A stretch of DNA of 64,000 nucleotides, from NCBI GenBank assembly GCA_964492335.1, contig CAZBJX010000011.1:878-64877 (forward strand). Direction: 5' to 3'. How positions within the stretch are numbered: the stretch's first letter is position 1; each line of letters starts with the position of its first letter. The notes beneath the pieces were generated by a model. That model was given only the letters and a program-made list of their open reading frames with translations, did no database searches and was not told the origin of the DNA. Shown here piece after piece: positions 57,780 to 64,000 of this stretch. A program made the position numbers and the translations under genes. Source of the stretch: an uncultured Dehalococcoidia bacterium (GTDB lineage Bacteria > Chloroflexota > Dehalococcoidia > UBA2247 > RBG-13-53-26).

Positions 57780-58208
57780 ATGACAGAGAAGACTATCGAG
57801 ATCGGCGATGCGGCAAGAGCCCTGGGCATTTCCACCGAGGCTGTCAGGAAGCGCATCAAGAGGGGCAGCCTCAAGGCCCGGAAGAACGCTGACGGGCAGT
57901 GGCAGGTCATCGTGGACGAAGAGAGGATGGCAGCCCTTGACCGGGAGTACGGCCCGGAGGTCACCCCGGTGGACGCGGCCGCCGCGGCCGCCAGCCTCAG
58001 TCTGGTCCGGACGTCAGCGGCCATCGAAGAGGCCCTGCGGGACGAGATCGCGTTCCTGCGGGACCAGGTCTCCTGCCTGCAGACGGTCATCCTCAACCTG
58101 ACCCAGCACGTCAGGCTGCCGGAGGCGCCGCGACAGGAGCAGGCGCGCCCGCGATGGTGGCAGCGACTGAAGGCCCGCATCCTGCGCCGGCAGTCGGCAG
58201 CCGCCTGA
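57780..58208 (+). CDS. MerR/excisionase-type helix-turn-helix DNA-binding protein
   Basis: N-terminal HTH (IEIGDAARALGISTEAVRKRIKRGSL). RBS GGAGGGAAGG upstream; coiled-coil-like C-terminus. Confidence 0.55.
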   Translation: MTEKTIEIGDAARALGISTEAVRKRIKRGSLKARKNADGQWQVIVDEERMAALDREYGPEVTPVDAAAAAASLSLVRTSAAIEEALRDEIAFLRDQVSCLQTVILNLTQHVRLPEAPRQEQARPRWWQRLKARILRRQSAAA

Positions 58209-58222
58209 CCGGCGGGCCAGCC

Positions 58223-58567
58223 CTACGCCCGGGGGGGCTTCTTCGCCCGGCGGCGCTTCTGCTTCGTCGTGGCCACTTCGGGCGGCGGCTCGCCCTCGGG
58301 GTAGACGATGAGCCGCAGACCGTCCTCGTGGTCCCAGCAGTCCACTATCACGCTGGTCTTGCGCAGATACCGGGTCAGCTCCGGCGTGGCCCTCAGCAGT
58401 ATGGTATCCTCGCTGCCGACCACCGTGTCGCCATCCTGCTCGGGGCCCAGCCACAGAGAGAAGCCCTCAGACTCGCCCTCGATCCGCAGCACGTGGCTGT
58501 CATGCCGGGAGTTGGCCTCCCGGATGGCCCGCAGCTCCTGCGCCGCGCGAGCGGTGATCTTGACCAT
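58223..58567 (-). CDS. HesB/IscA-like fold small protein lacking the conserved cysteines, hypothetical
   Basis: ATG at 58567 (MVKITARAAQEL...). Pattern resembles A-type carrier proteins but has no Cys ligands. Confidence 0.3.
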   Translation of the reverse strand: MVKITARAAQELRAIREANSRHDSHVLRIEGESEGFSLWLGPEQDGDTVVGSEDTILLRATPELTRYLRKTSVIVDCWDHEDGLRLIVYPEGEPPPEVATTKQKRRRAKKPPRA

Positions 58568-58751
58568 GTCCCCGGGCTTCTTCGTCGTCCTTGCCATTCT
58601 TGCCAGCTCCTAATCCGGGCGGCGCCGCCCCGACAGCGCCACCCTCCCCATTTCCCCGGGCCCCCCGAAGGCCGGCCCGGCCGTCTAGGAGAATTGTAGC
58701 ACCGCCGCCTGCCCCGGGGCCACTGCGCCGGCTCTGGTAGAATGTAACGGC

Positions 58752-60065
58752 ATGGGGCACCAGGTCATAGTGGTGGGGGCCGGGGCCGGAGGCCTGCTGG
58801 CCGCGGCGCGGGCGGCCCAGATGGGCGCGGAGGTACTCCTGCTGGAGAGGACCAACCGCCCGGCGAACAAGCTGCTGCTTTCCGGCAACGGGCGCTGCAA
58901 CTTCACCAACACCGCCGAGCTTGCGGACTTCGTGGCCATGTACGGCCCCAACGGGCGCTTCCTCTACGGCGCCTTCGGGCGCTTCTTCCGCGATGACCTC
59001 CTGGCCCTGCTGGAGAGGTACGGTGTGCGGGCCAGTACAGGGCCGGGCGGGAGGGTCTACCCGGAATCGGACAGGGCGGAGGACGTGGCCGCGGCCCTGC
59101 GGCGGTACGCAGAGGAAGCCGGCGTCCGGCTGCGCACGGGGGCCAGGGTCACCGGGATACGGGTCGCCGGCGGGCGGGTGGCCGGCGTCATGGTCGGCGC
59201 CGAGGCGCTCCCGGCGGCCGCCGTGGTCCTGGCCACCGGCGGCGCCTCCTACCCCGAGACCGGCTCCAGCGGCGACGGCTACCGCCTGGCGGCCGAGGCG
59301 GGCCACACCATCATCAGGCTGCGCCCGGCGCTGGTCCCCCTGATGGTGAAGGAGACCGGCCGGGCCAAGGGCCTCCAGGGGATCGCCCTCCGCAAAGCAC
59401 GGCTGACGGCCTGGCAGTGCCAGGCCGACCGCATCGAGCCCCCGGGAAGGCCGATAGCCGACTGCGGGCGCGGGACCACCGGCCGGAAACCGCCCGCGGC
59501 GGTCATCGAGAGCCGCACCGGCGAGATGATATTCACCCACTTCGGCATCGGCGGCCCCATCACGCTCCTGATGAGCCTGGCCGTGGGAGACGCCCTGGAG
59601 CGGGGCCCGGTGAGCGTCTCCGTCAACCTCTTCCCGGACCTGGACCCCCAGGCCCTGCGCCACCGGCTCCAGGCCGAGTTCGACCGCTTCGGCAAGCGCT
59701 CCCTGCGCCACCTGCTCGACTCCCTTCTGCCCCGCAAGATGGTGGACCCCGTCCTGGAGATGGCCGGCCAGCCACCCGGGAGGCTGGGCCACCAGATGGC
59801 CGCCCCGGACCGCGACCGGCTGGCCGGTCTGCTCCAGTCCATCCGCTTCAGCATCAAGGCGCCGCTGCCCCTCTCCGCCGCCTTCGTGACCGCCGGGGGG
59901 GTCTCCCTGGATGAAGCCGATCCGAAGACCATGGCCTCCCGGCTGGTGGAAGGGCTCTACTTCTGCGGCGAGGTGATGGACCTGGACGCCGCCACCGGGG
60001 GCTACAACCTGCAGGCGGCCTTCTCCACCGGCTGGGTGGCCGGCGAGGAAGCGGCGCGCTCCTAG
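58752..60065 (+). CDS. BaiN/HI0933-family NAD(P)/FAD-dependent flavoprotein
   Basis: VIVVGAGAGGLLAAARAA FAD-binding motif, family-typical C-terminal GG-containing region. TAGAAT 9 nt upstream of the ATG suggests a leaderless or very short-leader mRNA. Confidence 0.8.
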   Translation: MGHQVIVVGAGAGGLLAAARAAQMGAEVLLLERTNRPANKLLLSGNGRCNFTNTAELADFVAMYGPNGRFLYGAFGRFFRDDLLALLERYGVRASTGPGGRVYPESDRAEDVAAALRRYAEEAGVRLRTGARVTGIRVAGGRVAGVMVGAEALPAAAVVLATGGASYPETGSSGDGYRLAAEAGHTIIRLRPALVPLMVKETGRAKGLQGIALRKARLTAWQCQADRIEPPGRPIADCGRGTTGRKPPAAVIESRTGEMIFTHFGIGGPITLLMSLAVGDALERGPVSVSVNLFPDLDPQALRHRLQAEFDRFGKRSLRHLLDSLLPRKMVDPVLEMAGQPPGRLGHQMAAPDRDRLAGLLQSIRFSIKAPLPLSAAFVTAGGVSLDEADPKTMASRLVEGLYFCGEVMDLDAATGGYNLQAAFSTGWVAGEEAARS

Positions 60066-60089
60066 CCCCGGCCGGACCAGGTCCCGGTC

Positions 60090-60686
60090 TCAGGCCTGGC
60101 GACAACGGTCCTGCAGCACCTCCACTCCAAACCCCCTCAAGGACTGCGCCAGGGCCGCCAGGGGAAGGCCGACCACGTTGGAATAGTCCCCCTCGATCCG
60201 GTCTACCAGGACCGCCCCCCGCCCCTGGATGGCGTAGCCCCCCGCCTTGTCCCGCGGCTCCCCGGTCCCGACGTAGGCATCGATCTGGCTGAGAGTGAGC
60301 TTTCTCAGGTGCACCCGGGTTTCCACCGACCTGGTCACCACCCGGCCGCTTCCGGTGTCCAGGATGGTGAACCCGGTGACCACGCAGTGCGTCCGCCCCT
60401 GCAGGGCACGAAGCATCTCCCGGGCCCGGGCGTCCGACTGCGGCTTCCCGAAGACGCGGCTGTCCAGCACCACCAGCGTGTCCGCGGCGATGATGATGGC
60501 GTCGGCGTGCTTCTCCGCCGCCGCCCGGGCCTTGCCCAGGGACAGCCCCCGGGCCATCGCCTCAGGCCCGCAGGCCCCGGGCATTGCCTCATCGTAGCCT
60601 CCCGGCTCCACCTCAAACTGCAGCCCGGTCTGCCGCAGGAGCTCCCTGCGGCGGGGAGAAGCTGAGGCCAATACGATCCGTCTCAT
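60090..60686 (-). CDS. maf: Maf-like nucleoside triphosphate pyrophosphatase
   Basis: Internal ATG at 60686 (MRRIVLASASPRRRELL). Maf motifs (ADTLVVLD, GKP, GYAIQG). Confidence 0.85.
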   Translation of the reverse strand: MRRIVLASASPRRRELLRQTGLQFEVEPGGYDEAMPGACGPEAMARGLSLGKARAAAEKHADAIIIAADTLVVLDSRVFGKPQSDARAREMLRALQGRTHCVVTGFTILDTGSGRVVTRSVETRVHLRKLTLSQIDAYVGTGEPRDKAGGYAIQGRGAVLVDRIEGDYSNVVGLPLAALAQSLRGFGVEVLQDRCRQA

Positions 60687-60889
60687 CCCGGCTCCCTCGA
60701 AGGCGCACGCGCAGCCACGGTCCCCGGCATTATCAGCCCCCGGAGGCGGGGCTGTCAAAGGCACCCCGGCGCCCCCCGACGGCGTGGGCCCCGTTGGATT
60801 TGCGCATGAGGCCTGTGATATTATAGACGCGCGCTCGAACAGGCACATGCCACGGTCTCCGGACCGTCGGCTGGGAGGGGGTACAGAGA

Positions 60890-62458
60890 ATGGTCCGTAG
60901 ACTCCTGGCACTGCTCCTGGTTCTCGCCACGGCGCTCCTGGCCAACACCGGCTGCTCCTCGGACGGCTCCTCCGGCGCCGCGGACTTCACCTTCGTCGTA
61001 GTCACCGATGTCCACGCGGACGCGGAGCACGCCCCTGCCATAGGCCGGCTGGTCGACAGGATCAACGCCGAGTCGCCCGACTTCGTGGTCAACCTGGGAG
61101 ACCTCATCTTCGAGGGCAATACCGCCACGGAGGCCCAGGCGCAGGAGTGGTTCGGCGTCTACCGGAACGCCTTCTCGGCCCTGCAGGCGCCCCTCCACAA
61201 CGCGGTGGGCTGCCACGACGTCATCGGCATCGGCTCCGACAACCTGCACAACACGGACTTCGAGTACGGCAAGGCCCTGGTCGCCGAGGCCATCGGAAGG
61301 GACGGCCGGACCTACTACTCATTTGACCATGGCAGGTACCACTGTATCGTGCTCGACCCCAACGACCTGGTCAACGGCGAGCAGGTCTACCGGCTGCCGG
61401 ATGAAGAGCTGCAGTGGCTGGACGAGGACCTGGCAGGCGTGAGAAGAGACGTCCCGCTGCTCTTCTTCTTCAGCGAGCCGACAGTGACCTGGACCAACCG
61501 CGGCGCCCTGACCGGCCGCCTGACGGGGCGCCAGGCCACGTTCTTCAGCGGCCACCTGCACCACGATCTGGCCATGACCTTCACCGATTTCCCGGAGCAG
61601 GTCACCGCCGCCGCCGCCGGGGAGTGGTGGCAGGGCGTCAACCCTGATGGGAGGCCCCCCGGCTACCGCGTCGTCACCGTGAAGGGGAACAAGATCGAGA
61701 GCCTCTACAAAGGGACCGATGAGGCCAGGACCATCGACCCGAATATGGAGACCATCGTCAGCGGCAAGGTCGACCTCGAGGTCAAGATGGCCAGCTGGAA
61801 CGGCGCCATGAGCTCGGCCAGCTACCAGGTGGACGGCGGGGAGGCGGTGCCGATGGCCCTGTCGCCCAGGGCGAAGTGGATGCTGGCCACTGCGTCATGG
61901 GACACAGCGGGACTGGCCGAGGGCTACCACCAGATCACCTTCAAGGCCAGCGATGACGCCGGCAGCTTCGAGAACGCCAAGCAGATCAAGATCAGCGCCA
62001 CCGGGACGGTCACCGTCTCCGACCTGAACGACCACCTGACCGTATACCAGGGCTCCTACGTCTCGATCGATGGCACGGCGCAGTTCGTCTACCTCGGCCC
62101 CCTGTCCATCAGCGGCTTCGAAATACCGGATGGCATGGGCTTCGTCTTCATGACAGATGACAGCCAGGGCATCATCGTGCTGGCCGCCGAGGCCCTGTCT
62201 CCATCCCTGGGCATCGTCAAGCCCCATCTGGCCAACGGCGACAGGGTGATCATCAAGGTGGTGCCGCTGCGCATGTCCATGGCCTACGTGACGTCCACCC
62301 AGGAGTGGGGCCAGTACTTCGACCGGATCAAGAACTACGTCAGCTACCTGCCCCTCACGTCCCGGGAGCCTCGTGACGTGACCCACATAGACCAGATGAT
62401 GGGTGTGTGGGGCGCCAGGTGGGTGAGCGTCAACGACCTCACCTTCGTGTCCGGCTGA
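60890..62458 (+). CDS. lipoprotein with calcineurin-like metallophosphoesterase domain and C-terminal beta-rich domains
   Basis: Signal peptide plus lipobox (LANTGC). Metallophosphatase motifs (VVTDVHAD, GDLIFEGN, GHLHHD). Confidence 0.7.
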   Translation: MVRRLLALLLVLATALLANTGCSSDGSSGAADFTFVVVTDVHADAEHAPAIGRLVDRINAESPDFVVNLGDLIFEGNTATEAQAQEWFGVYRNAFSALQAPLHNAVGCHDVIGIGSDNLHNTDFEYGKALVAEAIGRDGRTYYSFDHGRYHCIVLDPNDLVNGEQVYRLPDEELQWLDEDLAGVRRDVPLLFFFSEPTVTWTNRGALTGRLTGRQATFFSGHLHHDLAMTFTDFPEQVTAAAAGEWWQGVNPDGRPPGYRVVTVKGNKIESLYKGTDEARTIDPNMETIVSGKVDLEVKMASWNGAMSSASYQVDGGEAVPMALSPRAKWMLATASWDTAGLAEGYHQITFKASDDAGSFENAKQIKISATGTVTVSDLNDHLTVYQGSYVSIDGTAQFVYLGPLSISGFEIPDGMGFVFMTDDSQGIIVLAAEALSPSLGIVKPHLANGDRVIIKVVPLRMSMAYVTSTQEWGQYFDRIKNYVSYLPLTSREPRDVTHIDQMMGVWGARWVSVNDLTFVSG

Positions 62459-62495
62459 CGCCGGTCCGCGCCGCCGCTCGCGGTGTCCGGGCCGT

Positions 62496-62741
62496 CTAGA
62501 ACTCGCCGGGGTGCGCCGGCACGCCCTTCCACTTGGTGGAGAAGACTATCTTAAGGCTGTTCCAGCGGAGGAGGCCCTTGATCACCTGCCATATGTCCGG
62601 CCTGGCAATGGCCACCCGGATCTTCCACTTCACAGGCTGCTCCGTCTCGACCTGGAGCACCAGGTAGTCCTCCTGCCGAACGAGGCCCGAAATCCTGCCA
62701 CTGAGCTCCGTCTTGCCAAGGCCCGTTGAACGCATCAGCAT
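62496..62741 (-). CDS. small hypothetical protein (81 aa), possibly PRC-barrel-like
   Basis: Compact ORF with ordinary composition, divergent from the ferritin-like gene across a palindrome-containing intergenic region. No confident family assignment. Confidence 0.3.
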   Translation of the reverse strand: MLMRSTGLGKTELSGRISGLVRQEDYLVLQVETEQPVKWKIRVAIARPDIWQVIKGLLRWNSLKIVFSTKWKGVPAHPGEF

Positions 62742-62962
62742 CTCGCACTCACTCCCTCAGCCGGGTCACCCTCCACCCCGGGCATCCCCCGGGGCAGTCG
62801 GGCCCTCTCCCGGCACAGACTGCCGGCCGCCTCGCTCTCCTGATACCGCGGCCCTTTCCTTTTGCCCCATCCAAATTGTTCGTATTCTACCAATAGTACA
62901 TCCCGTTGTCAAGCGGTTTTGGCGCCGGCTCGGCGCTGTGAACAGCGCTGCGGCCGGGTCTT

Positions 62963-62992
62963 CCCCCGCATGCGCGGCCGCGCATGCGGGGG
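62963..62992. repeat. 30-bp perfect palindrome (candidate operator) in a divergent intergenic region
   Basis: CCCCCGCATGCGCGGCCGCGCATGCGGGGG reads identically on both strands. Flanked by CAGCGCTG palindromic octamers at 62931-62950. Confidence 0.7.
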
Positions 62993-63041
62993 ACCTGTTG
63001 CGCCTGCGACCACCGTTTGGTATCCTTTTGGCGGGCAAGCC

Positions 63042-63512
63042 ATGCTGGACTTCAGAAGCAGCGCCGGTGAAGTGATCGAGGCCATGGCCGGGAACGAGGA
63101 GGCGATCGGCTGCCTCTACCTGGAATACGCCGCCAGGTTTCCCGCCCAGAAGGGCTTCTGGACCGAGCTCGCCGTCGAAAAGGCCACCCACGCCCAATGG
63201 CTGCGGGGCCTGCGGGCCAGGGTGAAGGAGGGCACCCTGTCCATCAACAAGGACCGGTTCAAGCTGCAGCCCGTGCGCGCCTTCTCACGCTACCTGGAAC
63301 GCGAGACAGCCAACGCCACGGGGCCGGGCCTCTCGCCCATTAACGCCCTCTCCGTGGCCCTCTACATCGAGGAGAGCATTATCGAGCAACGGTATTTCGA
63401 GGTCGCCGCTGCCGACGACCCCGTGATGAAGCGTATCCTGGCGGACCTGTCCGCCTCCACCCGGACCCACCTCGAAAGAGTGCGCCGGGAGTGGGCCGCC
63501 CAGAGGCTCTAG
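63042..63512 (+). CDS. ferritin-like / rubrerythrin-like diiron-fold protein
   Basis: ATG at 63042. Paired E...ExxH-like motifs (ELAVEKATHAQW; EESIIEQRYFE...TRTHLERV). Confidence 0.55.
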   Translation: MLDFRSSAGEVIEAMAGNEEAIGCLYLEYAARFPAQKGFWTELAVEKATHAQWLRGLRARVKEGTLSINKDRFKLQPVRAFSRYLERETANATGPGLSPINALSVALYIEESIIEQRYFEVAAADDPVMKRILADLSASTRTHLERVRREWAAQRL

Positions 63513-63871
63513 AGAGCCACTTCCAGCCTGCCCCCGGCCAGCTCCACCTGCTTCCGTTCCAGGGGCTTCCTGGCCGGACCGGAGAGCGGTTTCCCCTCGT
63601 AGTCGAACTGGGAGTGCAGCAGGCTGCAGCAGCGCAGCTTGCGCTCCCCGGCCACGGGGTCGAGCTTCCTCTTGCCGTGAGTGCAGGCGTTGACGAACGA
63701 CAGGTAGCGGTCATCGTCCGTGCGGACGATCAGCAGGGGCTGCTCGAGCCCCTTGCCCTGCAGATAGGTGGCCCCTCCCTTCGGGACCGACTCCGGCTTC
63801 TGCACCACCGCCTTGCCGCCTTCCACGCTCCAGAGCTCCGCCCCGAGGGGTCTGGTCTCGCAGATGCCCAT
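63509..63871 (-). CDS. Rieske [2Fe-2S] domain protein
   Basis: CTH...(17 aa)...CCSLLH matches CxH-x15-17-CxxH. ATG at 63871; the ORF-track GTG at 63937 is an alternative start. Converges on the ferritin-like gene with a 4-nt overlap. Confidence 0.55.
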   Translation of the reverse strand: MGICETRPLGAELWSVEGGKAVVQKPESVPKGGATYLQGKGLEQPLLIVRTDDDRYLSFVNACTHGKRKLDPVAGERKLRCCSLLHSQFDYEGKPLSGPARKPLERKQVELAGGRLEVAL

Positions 63872-64000
63872 CAGCGCCTTGAAGAACGAACCTATTCCAG
63901 CCACGGGTCCCTCCCTTCCGGCCGCCGCCTGCCCCACCCCGGGCCGGAGCGGCCGGCGGCAGCACCCATGTCGAGCCAGACTATAGCCCGTGCGCCCGGT

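Overview
High-GC (~70%) bacterial chromosomal window of 64 kb, densely coded, with many 4-nt start/stop overlaps (ATGA/GTGA) and frequent GTG/TTG starts. Many six-frame ORFs are antisense or N-terminally over-extended artefacts of the stop-poor GC-rich sequence. Content, from start to end: (i) a plus-strand unit with a DUF1616-like membrane protein, a CPBP intramembrane protease, a secreted beta-helix protein and a Wzx-type flippase. (ii) A translationally coupled minus-strand glycan-biosynthesis operon of about 13 genes (18240 down to 5180): two GT2 including a Dol-P-sugar-synthase-like enzyme, two Gfo/Idh/MocA oxidoreductases, a DegT aminotransferase, GNAT, ATP-grasp, FemAB-like, DUF362, a large polytopic membrane protein and a GT4. 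It is preceded by a ~290-nt leader RNA ending in an intrinsic terminator. (iii) A divergent NodU/CmcH carbamoyltransferase. (iv) An SOS mutagenesis cassette lexA-imuB-orf82-dnaE2 with an AGTAC-N4-GTACT palindrome overlapping the lexA promoter. (v) A minus-strand stress/osmoadaptation run: hisF, an NrpR-like regulator, uspA, a CPA2 antiporter with CBS domains, an MscS-like channel, a TreT-like GT4, otsA and otsB. (vi) A second glycan module behind a paralogous leader RNA: DPM1-like GT2, deacetylases, FemAB-like, DUF354, methyltransferase, GT4, a second polytopic membrane protein and GNAT. It is flanked by a Wzx flippase fused to DUF11 repeats and a beta-helix/dockerin protein. (vii) Housekeeping genes: cysteine synthase, PfkB kinase, acyltransferase, MFS transporter, Maf, flavoproteins, a lipoprotein phosphoesterase, a ferritin-like protein and a Rieske protein. 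No rRNA, tRNA, CRISPR or transposase/integrase was seen. The most likely novel content is a duplicated, leader-RNA-controlled polyprenol-phosphate-sugar-dependent glycosylation system with uncharacterised large membrane transferases and amino-acid-decorated aminosugar chemistry.
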